This document shows, piece after piece, positions 17,087-25,747 of a stretch of DNA of 32,000 nt (the stretch's first letter is position 1; every line of letters starts with the position of its first letter). The notes below the pieces were generated by a model. The model searched no databases. It was not told the DNA's origin and saw nothing but the letters and a program-made list of their open reading frames with translations. The DNA is from Propionibacterium freudenreichii subsp. freudenreichii. Lineage in GTDB: Bacteria; Actinomycetota; Actinomycetes; Propionibacteriales; Propionibacteriaceae. The position numbers and the translations under genes are program-made. The stretch spans positions 1,710,001 through 1,742,000 of the forward strand of contig NZ_CP010341.1 in the NCBI RefSeq assembly GCF_000940845.1. Reading direction: 5' to 3'.

Positions 17087-17968
17087 ATGCCCACGCCCGG
17101 TTGGTATCCCGATCCGGCAGGTACCCCCGGCCTGTACCGCTATTGGGACGGTCAGGCCTGGACCGGGGCCACCACCAACGACCCCGCCGCCACACCCGCT
17201 CCCGGACCCCAGGGCCCCGCCCCGACCCCCCGACGGCGTCGCGGCTGGCTGATCGCGCTGGTCGCCGTGCTCGTGGCGCTCGGCGTGATCATCGCCGTGG
17301 TGCTCACCCGCGGCGGCACGGCCCCGTGGAGCGGTGGAAACGCCAGGGAGGACCCCAACAGTGCCTCGCCCACCGGGTCCCAGTGGGACGAGACCTCCAC
17401 CCCCACGCCCAGCCCCTCGGACAACGCCTCGAGCGTCCAGTGCCCGCGGACGACGGTGCGCACGAACACCGCCCAGAGCAACAGCACGCTGAGGAGCGGC
17501 AACCTCCAGGTGGACCGCATCTCGGGGTGGGGATATGACTCCACCTTCTACCTCGACTGGGTCTCCGACATCCACTCGGTGGCCGACACGGTGTATCCGG
17601 GCTGGATGTCGGACATCGCGGTGGGCACGCTCAACGCGAAGGACGGCTTCACCGAGGTGAGGGCCTCGGCCCACGCGACGCTGGAGTGCTATGCGAGCTC
17701 GGGATATTACGAGGGTTTCAGCGGGCGCAAGGACTTGGTCGACCAGCAGACCACGGTGGACGGCCACCCGGCGTGGCGCATCCAGTCCGAGGTTTATGTG
17801 ACCAATCCGAATGTGCCCCAGGCGCGCGGTGACCGAGTGGACATCTATGTGGTCGACCTGGGCCGCCAGGACCAGCTCGGACTGTTCATCGGCAGTTCGA
17901 ACCTGGGCGACGCCACCCGCAACGGCAAGGTCGACGAGGCCATCCGGACGCTGAAGGTGACCGGCTGA
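17087..17968 (+). CDS. DUF2510-domain single-pass membrane protein, paralog 1
   Basis: The product has a GWYPDPAGTPGLYRYWDGQAWTG motif, a TM helix LIALVAVLVALGVIIAVVL and an S/T/P linker, followed by an ectodomain of about 180 aa. ATG 17087 has GAGG 8 nt upstream. GTG 17078 is an alternative start. Confidence 0.8.
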   Translation: MPTPGWYPDPAGTPGLYRYWDGQAWTGATTNDPAATPAPGPQGPAPTPRRRRGWLIALVAVLVALGVIIAVVLTRGGTAPWSGGNAREDPNSASPTGSQWDETSTPTPSPSDNASSVQCPRTTVRTNTAQSNSTLRSGNLQVDRISGWGYDSTFYLDWVSDIHSVADTVYPGWMSDIAVGTLNAKDGFTEVRASAHATLECYASSGYYEGFSGRKDLVDQQTTVDGHPAWRIQSEVYVTNPNVPQARGDRVDIYVVDLGRQDQLGLFIGSSNLGDATRNGKVDEAIRTLKVTG

Positions 17969-18000
17969 GGCCGGTGGCGACGCCAGCCCCGTCCATGGGG

Positions 18001-18021
18001 CGGACGATAGGCTGCCGCCGA
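18001..18021 (+). promoter_or_regulatory. 21-nt element cggacgaTAGGCTgccgccga (copy 2)
   Basis: It is identical to 16999-17019 and lies 32 nt upstream of ATG 18053. Confidence 0.4.
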
Positions 18022-18052
18022 CGTTTGCCGATGGCGTCCTGAGGAGTCACAC

Positions 18053-18997
18053 ATGTCGAGTTCCGGATCGTGGCCCGGTGGCGGGTCCACGTCAGGCCCC
18101 ACGCCCGGTTGGTATCCCGATCCGGCCGGCACCCCCGGCCTGTACCGCTATTGGGACGGTCAGGCCTGGACCGGGGCCACCACCAACGACCCCGCCGCCA
18201 CACCGGCCCCGCAGGTGGACTCCCCGACGCGGTCGGGCACGCACCGACGCGGCTGGATCGTGGCGGTGCTCGCCGTGCTCGTGGCGCTCGGCGTGATCAT
18301 CGCCGTGGTACTCACCCGCGGCGGCGCCCCGTGGAGCGGCGGCAACGCACCCGAGGACACCAACAGCGCCTCACCCACCGGGTCCCAGTGGGACGAGACC
18401 TCCACCCCCACGCCCAGCCCCTCGGACAACGCCTCGCACGCCCCCTGCCCCACGACCTCGGCGACCGGCGTCACGCGTCAGGCCAGCAACAAGGTACTGA
18501 GCGGCGGCGGGATCCAGGTGGACGCCATCAGTGGTTGGCAGCCGGCCACCATGTCACTGCGCTGGGTCAGCGACCTGCACACCGTGGCCGACACGGTGTA
18601 CACCAGCCATGGCTTCGGCGTCACCCATACCTGGTTCTCCAATATCGGGGTGGGCGCGCTCAACGTGCAGGACGGATTCACCGACGTGCGGGCCTCGGCC
18701 CATTCGACCCTCGAGTGCTATGCCAGCACCGACTACTACGACGGGTTCACCGGGCGCAAGGACCTGGTGGACGAACAGACCACGGTGGACGGGCACCCCG
18801 CCTGGCACATCCAGACCGAGGTCTATGTGACCATGCGCGATATCCCCCAGGTGCGTGGCGACCGGGTGGACATCGTCGTGGTGGATGTGGGCAACCGGGA
18901 CCACCTTGGTCTGTTCCTCGGCAGCTCGAACCTCGGCGACGCGGGACGCAACGGCAAGGTCGACGCCGCCATGAAGACCCTGCGGGTGACCGGCTGA
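18053..18997 (+). CDS. DUF2510-domain single-pass membrane protein, paralog 2
   Basis: The 314 aa product has the same architecture as paralog 1. GAGGAG lies 7 nt upstream of the ATG. Confidence 0.85.
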   Translation: MSSSGSWPGGGSTSGPTPGWYPDPAGTPGLYRYWDGQAWTGATTNDPAATPAPQVDSPTRSGTHRRGWIVAVLAVLVALGVIIAVVLTRGGAPWSGGNAPEDTNSASPTGSQWDETSTPTPSPSDNASHAPCPTTSATGVTRQASNKVLSGGGIQVDAISGWQPATMSLRWVSDLHTVADTVYTSHGFGVTHTWFSNIGVGALNVQDGFTDVRASAHSTLECYASTDYYDGFTGRKDLVDEQTTVDGHPAWHIQTEVYVTMRDIPQVRGDRVDIVVVDVGNRDHLGLFLGSSNLGDAGRNGKVDAAMKTLRVTG

Positions 18998-19063
18998 CCA
19001 CGGCCTGATCGCGACGTCAGCCATGCTGTCGCCGCCTCGGTGGGGCCGCTGGTGTGACGCTCG

Positions 19064-19069
19064 TAGAAT
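19064..19069 (+). promoter_or_regulatory. -10-like hexamer TAGAAT placed 6 nt before the map GTG (leaderless architecture)
   Basis: The local sequence reads tagaat-gggaat-GTG. Confidence 0.45.
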
Positions 19070-19075
19070 GGGAAT

Positions 19076-19984
19076 GTGACCGCAATCAAGCCGTATCCAC
19101 AGACTGAAGAATTGACCGTCCCCGCCGATATCGAGCGCCCTCCCTATGTGGGGGTCATGGGCCCCGAGACGTACACCGGGTCAGACGTCCAGAGCTCCGA
19201 AATCGTCGAGAAGATGCGGATTGCCGGACGCATCGCCGCTGACGCCATCCTGGTGACCGCCAAGGAGATCGCGCCGGGCGTCACCACCGACCACCTCGAC
19301 AAGGTGGCCCACGAGTTCATGCTCGACCACCATGCCTGGCCGGCAACCCTGGACTACCGCGGTTTCCCCAAGAGCCTGTGCACCTCGGTCAACGAGGTGA
19401 TCTGCCACGGCATCCCCGACCTGCGCCCCCTCGAGGAGGGCGACATCGTCAAGCTCGACGTCACCAGCTACATCGACGGCGTGCATGGCGACAATTGCGC
19501 CACCTACTACGTGGGTGAGGTCGACGAGGAGTCGAAGAAGCTCACCGAGGTGACGCGCGAGTCGATGTACCGCGGCATCAAGGCCTGCAAGCCCGGCCGC
19601 CCGATCTCGGTGATCGGACGCGTCATCGAGTCCTACGCCAAGCGCTTCGACTTCGGGGTGGTGCGCGAGTACACCGGCCACGGCGTACACACCGCATTCC
19701 ACTCGGGCCTGATCATCCTGCACTACGACGAGCCGCGCCTGAACACCCCGATGCAGCCGGGCATGACCTTCACCATCGAGCCGATGCTCACGGTGGGCAG
19801 CCCCGAGACCGAGCAGTGGGACGACGGCTGGACCGTCGTCACCCGTGACGGATCGCGCAGCGCCCAGTTCGAACAGACCCTGGTGGTCACCAACGACGGC
19901 ACCGAGATCCTGACCCTGCCGAGCAGCGGCCAGCCGATCCTGGGCGGGGACCCCACCCTGATCGACCTGTCGGACATCCACTGA
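19076..19984 (+). CDS. map: type I methionine aminopeptidase with N-terminal extension
   Basis: The 302 aa product has M24A motifs (NEVICHGIP, DIVKLDVTSYIDGVHGDN, YTGHGVH, TIEPM, QFEQT). Confidence 0.92.
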   Translation: MTAIKPYPQTEELTVPADIERPPYVGVMGPETYTGSDVQSSEIVEKMRIAGRIAADAILVTAKEIAPGVTTDHLDKVAHEFMLDHHAWPATLDYRGFPKSLCTSVNEVICHGIPDLRPLEEGDIVKLDVTSYIDGVHGDNCATYYVGEVDEESKKLTEVTRESMYRGIKACKPGRPISVIGRVIESYAKRFDFGVVREYTGHGVHTAFHSGLIILHYDEPRLNTPMQPGMTFTIEPMLTVGSPETEQWDDGWTVVTRDGSRSAQFEQTLVVTNDGTEILTLPSSGQPILGGDPTLIDLSDIH

Positions 19985-20025
19985 GCCGAGCCTGACCCCG
20001 GTCCGGGAGACCGGTTCCGGAACGC

Positions 20026-20065
20026 ACAAGGCGGCTGGTCCACGATCGTGGACCAGCCGCCTTGT
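20026..20065. terminator. bidirectional terminator (perfect 40-nt palindrome)
   Basis: The sequence acaaggcggctggtccacga|tcgtggaccagccgccttgt lies between convergent map (+) and the SLH gene (-). Confidence 0.7.
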
Positions 20066-20122
20066 CGTTGTCGGTGGGCACTCTCCCGGAGTGACCCGGG
20101 GCCCGGTCAGTCAGTGACCGGA

Positions 20123-20782
20123 TCAGCGACGCCAGCGAGCGCGGGGCTCGCCGGGGTACTTCTTGCAGGTCGCGGTGATGCCCTGCACGGTGGTGCCGGT
20201 CGCCCCCTCGGGTGCGCAGAACGAGCCGAAGTGGACTCCGGTCTGCACGGTCCCCTCACCGGGGTTGGGATTCGGGTTCGGGTTGGCATTGCAACCGCCG
20301 CCGGTGATCGGCGTGCCGCCACCCTCGGTGAGGCGGTACATGAACGCGTCCATCGCGTCACGCTTTACGGGCTCCATGGGCTTGAAGACGCGGCAGCCGT
20401 TGCCGGTCTCCCAGCCGGTGGAGATCCCCTTCTGGGCCAGCCAGGACATCTCCTTGTAGAACTGGGTGGACGACGAGATGTCGACGAACGGCGAGGCGGC
20501 CTGGTCGGCGACCTCGGGGCTTCCCGCATAGCGGTAGAGGAAGGCGGCCATCGCATCGCGGGCCACCGGACGCAGCGGCTGGAAGCTGCCGTCCGGGTAA
20601 CCGGTGGTCACCCCGCGGTCGGCCAACCAGGTGATCTCGGTGAAGAACTGGTTGGTGGCGGGCACGTCGACAAAGGAGGTCGCGGACGCCTGGTCCGCAG
20701 CACTCGCCATGGGCGCGTTGAGGGCTGGTGTGAGGGTGGCTGCCAGCAGGATTGCGATGGCAGCGCTGAAGAATCGACGCAT
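20123..20782 (-). CDS. secreted S-layer-homology (SLH) domain protein
   Basis: An internal ATG at 20782 gives the signal peptide MRRFFSAAIAILLAATLTPALNAPMASA. Two SLH-like repeats follow (FVDVPATNQFFTEITWLADRGVTTGYPDGSFQP and FVDISSSTQFYKEMSWLAQKGISTGW). The C-terminus has an (NP)n spacer and a Cys-containing basic tail. The longer ORF reaching 20953 would run into rnpB. Confidence 0.8.
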   Translation of the reverse strand: MRRFFSAAIAILLAATLTPALNAPMASAADQASATSFVDVPATNQFFTEITWLADRGVTTGYPDGSFQPLRPVARDAMAAFLYRYAGSPEVADQAASPFVDISSSTQFYKEMSWLAQKGISTGWETGNGCRVFKPMEPVKRDAMDAFMYRLTEGGGTPITGGGCNANPNPNPNPGEGTVQTGVHFGSFCAPEGATGTTVQGITATCKKYPGEPRARWRR

Positions 20783-20809
20783 GGGTGAACCATAGGGGAC
20801 GCACAGTTT

Positions 20810-20852
20810 CCCCGCCAGCGAAAATGCACGCAGTGCAGCATGCTGGGCGGGG
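20810..20852 (-). terminator. hairpin immediately downstream of rnpB
   Basis: On the minus strand, ccccgcccagc...gctggcgggg forms a stem with one bulge. An inner tgcac/gtgca stem is also present. Confidence 0.45.
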
Positions 20853-20855
20853 AGG

Positions 20856-21253
20856 GAACGAGCCGGCCGGTAAGCCGGATTCTGTGGCTCCAGGAGCCGA
20901 TGATCATCCATCTGCGACCGCTGTTGCCAACGGCCTTCCCCCGGCGCTTCCACGCCGGGCGTGCAACCTACCCGCAGGCATCGGGCGGGCCGCCCTCAAA
21001 CGCCTGCGCGGGCGAGGAATCCTCGTCCTTCTTGGTCTTGCTCCGGGTGGGGTTTGCCCTGCCGACGCAGTCACCTGCGTCGCGGTGGTCTCTTACACCG
21101 CCGTTTCACCCTTACCCGATTGCTCGGGCGGTTTGTTTTCTGTGGCACTGTCCCGCGGGTCACCCCGGGTGGATGTTGTCCACCACCCTGCCCTGTGGAG
21201 TCCGGACTTTCCTCGACGCCGAAGCGCCGCGATCATCTGGCCGGCTCGTCCAG
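20856..21253 (-). ncRNA. rnpB: RNase P RNA, bacterial type A
   Basis: The minus strand carries the universal blocks GAGGAAAGTCCGGACTCCACAGGGCAGGGTGGTGG, GGGTGACCCGCGGGACAGTGCCACAGAAAAC, GGTAAGGGTGAAACGGCGGTGTAAGAGACCACC and ACAGAATCCGGCTTACCGGCCGGCTCG. P1 pairs CGAGCCGGCC (5') with GGCCGGCTCG (3'). The ends are approximate to within about 5 nt. Confidence 0.93.
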
Positions 21254-21259
21254 CCGACC

Positions 21260-21265
21260 ACTCTA
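21260..21265 (-). promoter_or_regulatory. -10-like hexamer TAGAGT just upstream of the rnpB 5' end
   Basis: The minus strand reads cggTAGAGTggtcggctggaCGAGCCGG. Confidence 0.4.
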
Positions 21266-21360
21266 CCGTCGCCGGTGGCCCCCACCTACCAGCTCACGTG
21301 CCATTCGACGTGTCAGCTCACGGACATACCGGCAGACGGCCCTGCCCGCCCCGGCGGGGC

Positions 21361-22104
21361 TCAGACCCCCGACTGGGAGGTACGGACCAGGATGCGTCCG
21401 CACTCATCGCAGCGCAGCACCACATCGACCCCCTCGGCGGCGATGCGGTGCAGCTCGGCCGAATCGATCTCCAGGCCGCAGCCACCACAGCGCTTGGCGC
21501 GCAGCTCGGCGGCACCGGTGTTGCCGGTGTGCTCGGCCACGTGGTCGTAGAGCTTCACCAGGTCTTCGGGTAACACATCGGTGATCTCGCCACGTTCGCG
21601 CTGCAGCTGGTCGCGCTTGGTCTGCAGGCCGGCCTTCGCGTCATCCCGCTGGGTGAGCAGGGCGCGCATCTGGTTCTCGATCTCGGTGCGCTGGGCGGTG
21701 AACTCGCCATGCTCGCGGGCGGCGGCGTCCACCCGGTCCATGGCCTCGAGCTCGATGTCCTCGAGGTCGGAGACGCGTCCCTTGAGGTGTTCGATCTCGT
21801 CGGTGATGCCCTTCAGCGCGCGCTCGCTGTTGATCTCACCGGAATGCACGCGCTTCTCATTGCGCTCGAGGCGTTCCTTGGCGGGATTCAGGTCCTTCTC
21901 CACCCGGTCCACCTCGGCCTGGGCGTCGCCACGACGTGTCTCCGCCTCGGTGATGCGTTCCGAGAGGGCCAGCCTCTTGGTCTGCAGGGCCGACAGCTGC
22001 TGGTTCTCGGGCAGATGCTCACCGGCATGACGCAGCTGCACCAATTCGGTATCGATATGTGCCAGATCAAGCAGTCGGCGCTGGGCGGAAGGGTCAGCTC
22101 GCAT
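21361..22104 (-). CDS. COG1579/DUF164-type coiled-coil protein with C-terminal C4 zinc ribbon
   Basis: The 247 aa product has long heptad-like coiled-coil regions followed by CGGCG...CDECG. AAAGGA lies upstream of the ATG, and a TAGGGT -10-like hexamer is at 22129-22134 (-). Confidence 0.8.
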   Translation of the reverse strand: MRADPSAQRRLLDLAHIDTELVQLRHAGEHLPENQQLSALQTKRLALSERITEAETRRGDAQAEVDRVEKDLNPAKERLERNEKRVHSGEINSERALKGITDEIEHLKGRVSDLEDIELEAMDRVDAAAREHGEFTAQRTEIENQMRALLTQRDDAKAGLQTKRDQLQRERGEITDVLPEDLVKLYDHVAEHTGNTGAAELRAKRCGGCGLEIDSAELHRIAAEGVDVVLRCDECGRILVRTSQSGV

Positions 22105-22243
22105 AGGTGAATCCTTTCTGATTCATCCACCCTAGCCGGGCGACCATGCACGGCCCGGCACGCACAACCAGCCACGCCATAGGATCGGGGCAGGTGGACG
22201 GGTCCGGCCCCGGCGCAGGTACGTCCTCCTGACCGGTGCGCGG

Positions 22244-23737
22244 ATGGCGCGCGGCCGGCAGGCAACGGCAACAGCAACAGCGATGGTGATGATGAGCGAC
22301 AAGCAACCGAAGATCCCCGAGGGACGCACGCCCTTCTCGAGTGCGTTCAAGCAATTCATCTGCGAGGACTGGGCGCCCTACAGCGACCAGCTTCCGTTGC
22401 CACTGGACTCGGTGGCGAGCTCCAGCAGGCACCGTGCCGACATCGCCCAGCAGTTCCCCGGCGAGCGCCTGGTGGTGCCGGCCGGCAGCTACAAGCAGCG
22501 CAACAACGACTGCGACTACCCCTTCCGCCCCCATTCGGCCTTCACCCACCTCACCGGCCTGGGCACTGACCGCGAGCCGGACGCGGTGCTGTTGATCGAG
22601 CCCGACGGCGAGGCGAGGCTGTACTTCCATCCCCGCGCCCCGCGCACCGATCCCGAGTTCTATGCCTCGGCACGCTATGGCGAGATGTGGGTGGGCCAGC
22701 GCGATTCCCTGGCGGAGATGTCCGCACGGTGCGGGATCCCGACGGTGGACATCCGCGGCCTCGGCGACGCCCTGTCCGCCGGGCATGCGCCACTGCGGGT
22801 GGTGCGTGAGGCCGACCCCGCCGTCACCGAGACGGTGGATGACACCCGTGGCGCGATCCAGCTCGACCGCGATGACGAGCTGGCCACCGCACTGAGCGAA
22901 CTGCGCCTGGTCAAGGACGATTGGGAGCTCGACCAGCTGCGCGAGGCCTGCCGGGTGAGTGCCCTGGCGTTCGAGGACGTGGTGGCGAACTTCAACAAGG
23001 CCGTCGAATACGGTCACGGCGAGCGGTGGATCGAGGGCATCTTCGGCCTGCACGCCCGCCACGAGGGCAACGCCGTCGGCTACGACACGATTGCCGCCGC
23101 CGGCGATCACGCCAACACGCTGCACTGGATCAAGAACGACGGCCCACTGCGCGAGGGCGACCTCGTGCTGATGGACGCCGGCATCGAGATCGACTCGCTC
23201 TACACCGCCGACATCACCCGCACCATGCCGGTGGGCGGCACCTTCACCACCCCGCAGCGTCAGGTCTATGACGCGGTGCGGGCGTCGCAGCAGGCCGGCA
23301 TGGATGCTGCCCGGGCCGGCGCCAAGTTCGCCGACGTGCACAATGCGGCCGTGCGCGTGCTGGCGCAGACCTTTGCCGACTGGGGCATCCTGCCGGTCAG
23401 CCCCGACGAGGCGCTGTCACCCGAGGGTGGCCAGTGGCGCCGCTGGATGGTGCATGGCACCAGCCACCACCTGGGCCTGGACGTGCATGACTGCGCCCAG
23501 GCGCGCGTCGAGAACTACCGCAAGGGCACATTGCGGGCCGGCATGGTGATCACCGTGGAGCCCGGCATCTACTTCAAGTCGACCGACCTGAAGGTGCCCC
23601 CGGAGTTGCGCGGCATCGGCGTGCGCATCGAGGACGACATCGTCATCACCCCGAACGGCTGCGACATCCTGTCGTCGCACCTGCCCCGCGAGAGCCGGGC
23701 CGTGGAGGACTGGATGGCCTCGGTCGTCCGCAAGTAG
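22244..23737 (+). CDS. pepP: Xaa-Pro aminopeptidase (aminopeptidase P, M24B)
   Basis: The N-terminal AMP_N-like block reads YPFRPHSAFTHLTGL. The catalytic motifs are DLVLMDAG, HGTSHHLGLDVHD, VEPGIY and GVRIEDD. The start is uncertain, with ATG 22283 as the alternative. Confidence 0.85.
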   Translation: MARGRQATATATAMVMMSDKQPKIPEGRTPFSSAFKQFICEDWAPYSDQLPLPLDSVASSSRHRADIAQQFPGERLVVPAGSYKQRNNDCDYPFRPHSAFTHLTGLGTDREPDAVLLIEPDGEARLYFHPRAPRTDPEFYASARYGEMWVGQRDSLAEMSARCGIPTVDIRGLGDALSAGHAPLRVVREADPAVTETVDDTRGAIQLDRDDELATALSELRLVKDDWELDQLREACRVSALAFEDVVANFNKAVEYGHGERWIEGIFGLHARHEGNAVGYDTIAAAGDHANTLHWIKNDGPLREGDLVLMDAGIEIDSLYTADITRTMPVGGTFTTPQRQVYDAVRASQQAGMDAARAGAKFADVHNAAVRVLAQTFADWGILPVSPDEALSPEGGQWRRWMVHGTSHHLGLDVHDCAQARVENYRKGTLRAGMVITVEPGIYFKSTDLKVPPELRGIGVRIEDDIVITPNGCDILSSHLPRESRAVEDWMASVVRK

Positions 23738-23769
23738 GGGCGCGCGGACCCGCCCTGCCGACCATGAAC

Positions 23770-23811
23770 GTGAGATTGCCCGGACCCCCGCGGGGGTCCG
23801 GGCAATCTCAC
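23770..23811. terminator. bidirectional terminator (perfect 42-nt palindrome)
   Basis: The sequence gtgagattgcccggaccccc-gc-gggggtccgggcaatctcac lies between convergent pepP (+) and the YflT-like gene (-). Confidence 0.7.
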
Positions 23812-23863
23812 AGATGAGGCGGAAAGCAAGTGCTGCGGCAGCACCACGGCACGGCGTCAGTGG

Positions 23864-24739
23864 TCAGTCACGACCACCGGTCGGGTCAAAGGTGCCCGCG
23901 CTGGAGGCGGGCGGTTGATCCGAGCCCTGCGCTCCCGGGGTCCCCTCTCCCGGGGTGGAGCCACCGTTGGTCGGCTGCTCGACGACACCGCGTGCCGGCG
24001 ACTGGCCGGCCGCTGCGGGCGGCTGCTGCGAGGGATAGCCCTGCGACGTGCCGGACTGGGTGGACGTGGTGCCCGACTGACTGTTGGGCGCGGGCCATGC
24101 CGGCGGCGGGAACGACCCGGACCCGGTGGTGGCGGGTGCCTGCTGGGAGCCGGCGGAACCCGGCTGCCCGGCCTGCTGGCTTGCCCCATAGGGCTGCTGC
24201 CCCGCGGCGCCGTAGTGCTGGCCACCCGATGCTCCGCGGTTCTGGCCACCGGACAGCATGGCGCGTGCCTGACCGGCCACCTCGGCCTCGCCCAGCACCT
24301 CATAGTGCGTGGCAATGATCTGCGTGGTCGAGGTGAAATCGCGGCGTCCGCCAGTCATCCGGTAGCCGATGGCCGAGGTGATCATATTGGCCGCCACGAA
24401 GATGACCAGCGAGCTGACGAGCATCAGGAAGGGGTTGACGTTGGGGATGAACAGCCACAGGAACAGCGAGGCCATGATGCCCCACACCACGCCGGTCATC
24501 GCCGAGGACGTCAGCACCTTGCCCCAGGTGAGTCCTCCGGTGATCCGCTCGAAACTCTTCAGGTCGGTGCCGACGATCGAGAGGTTCTGCACGGGGAATC
24601 GCTGATCGGCGAGGTAGTCGACCGCGTGCTGGGCGTCCTGGTAGGAGTTGTAGATGGCGATGGACACGGGACGCTGCAGGGTGAACCGACCGGCCGGGCC
24701 GCCCTGTGCCGCTGCGCCCTGAGGGCTGAGGAAAGACAT
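23864..24739 (-). CDS. YflT/general-stress-protein-17M-like membrane protein with Q/G/S/P-rich C-terminal tail
   Basis: The start was moved to ATG 24739, which has AAGGAG 6 nt upstream. The N-terminal block is SIAIYNSYQDAQHAVDYLADQRFPVQNLSIVGTDLKS. Two or three TM helices follow, then a low-complexity tail of about 150 aa. Confidence 0.75.
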   Translation of the reverse strand: MSFLSPQGAAAQGGPAGRFTLQRPVSIAIYNSYQDAQHAVDYLADQRFPVQNLSIVGTDLKSFERITGGLTWGKVLTSSAMTGVVWGIMASLFLWLFIPNVNPFLMLVSSLVIFVAANMITSAIGYRMTGGRRDFTSTTQIIATHYEVLGEAEVAGQARAMLSGGQNRGASGGQHYGAAGQQPYGASQQAGQPGSAGSQQAPATTGSGSFPPPAWPAPNSQSGTTSTQSGTSQGYPSQQPPAAAGQSPARGVVEQPTNGGSTPGEGTPGAQGSDQPPASSAGTFDPTGGRD

Positions 24740-24883
24740 TGGTTGCTCCTTGCGGGCCCGCCGCACCTCGGCGGAACTCACTCCAGCCTAGCCACCGGAT
24801 TTCCCGATTCCACAGGTCCCGCTATGGAGCGGGAATGAACTTTCTGTGCGTCTGCCCTGTGCCCCCTGAGCATTCCCGGGCGT

Positions 24884-25747
24884 TCAGCGCGCGCGGATCG
24901 CCTCATGCATCGCCAGCACGCGTCGTGCCGTCTCGACATGCAGGTTCTCGATCATCTTCCCGTGGAATGTCACCACTCCCCGGCCCTCGGCCAACGCCTG
25001 GTCGAAGGTGTCGATCAACTCGCGGGCCCGTGCCACGTCGTCGGCACTGGGTGCCCACACGCGATTCGCGATGCCGACCTGACCGGGGTGGATGAGTGTC
25101 TTGCCATCGAAGCCCAGGACGCGTCCGTCGACGCATTCCTGCTCGAAGCCGCCGATATCGCGCACATCGTTGAACACCCCGTCGAGCACCACCTTGTCGT
25201 TGGCGCGTGCGGCGCAGATCGCGGCCGACAGGGCATATTGCAGCGGCCGGCGACTGGGCACCGACTGGGCGCGCAGCTCGTTGAGCAGGTCATTGGTGCC
25301 GAGCACCACCACATTGAGTCGCTCGGAGGCCGCACAGATGGCATCGGCGTCCACGATCGCGCGGGGCGTCTCGATCATCGCCCACAGGTTCATCTGCGGG
25401 TCGGCACCCAGCCCCTCGAAGGTGTCCACCAGCTGGCGCACCTGCTCGGGCGAACTCACCTTGGGCACGGCGATGGCTGCCGGCCGGGCCGCGCACACGG
25501 CGGCCAGGTCGTCGTCATGCCAGGCGGTGCCCACGCCGTTGACGCGCACCACGAGCTCGCGGTAGCCGTAGTCGCCACTGGCGACGGCGTCGCAGGCGGC
25601 CTGGCGGGCCTGGGGCTTGGCATCGGGGGCCACGGCGTCCTCGAGGTCGAAGATGATGGCATCACAGTCGATGGTCCTGGCCTTCTCGAGGGCTCGCTGA
25701 TTGGATGCCGGCATGTACAGCACGGAACGACGCGGACGAAAGGTCAT
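24884..25747 (-). CDS. citE: HpcH/HpaI aldolase / citrate lyase beta subunit (CitE)-like acyl-CoA lyase
   Basis: The 287 aa product has RSVLYMPASN, IIFDLEDAV, LVVRVN, MIETP and DLxxEL-type blocks typical of CitE/malyl-CoA lyase family proteins. Confidence 0.8.
   Translation of the reverse strand: MTFRPRRSVLYMPASNQRALEKARTIDCDAIIFDLEDAVAPDAKPQARQAACDAVASGDYGYRELVVRVNGVGTAWHDDDLAAVCAARPAAIAVPKVSSPEQVRQLVDTFEGLGADPQMNLWAMIETPRAIVDADAICAASERLNVVVLGTNDLLNELRAQSVPSRRPLQYALSAAICAARANDKVVLDGVFNDVRDIGGFEQECVDGRVLGFDGKTLIHPGQVGIANRVWAPSADDVARARELIDTFDQALAEGRGVVTFHGKMIENLHVETARRVLAMHEAIRAR

Noticed and set aside
20785-21584. Three overlapping plus-strand ORFs of 207-262 aa lie in the SLH-gene / COG1579 interval.
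   Set aside because: The interval is occupied by RNase P RNA on the minus strand, where the universal conserved blocks are all present. The ORFs are Arg/Pro-rich artefacts.
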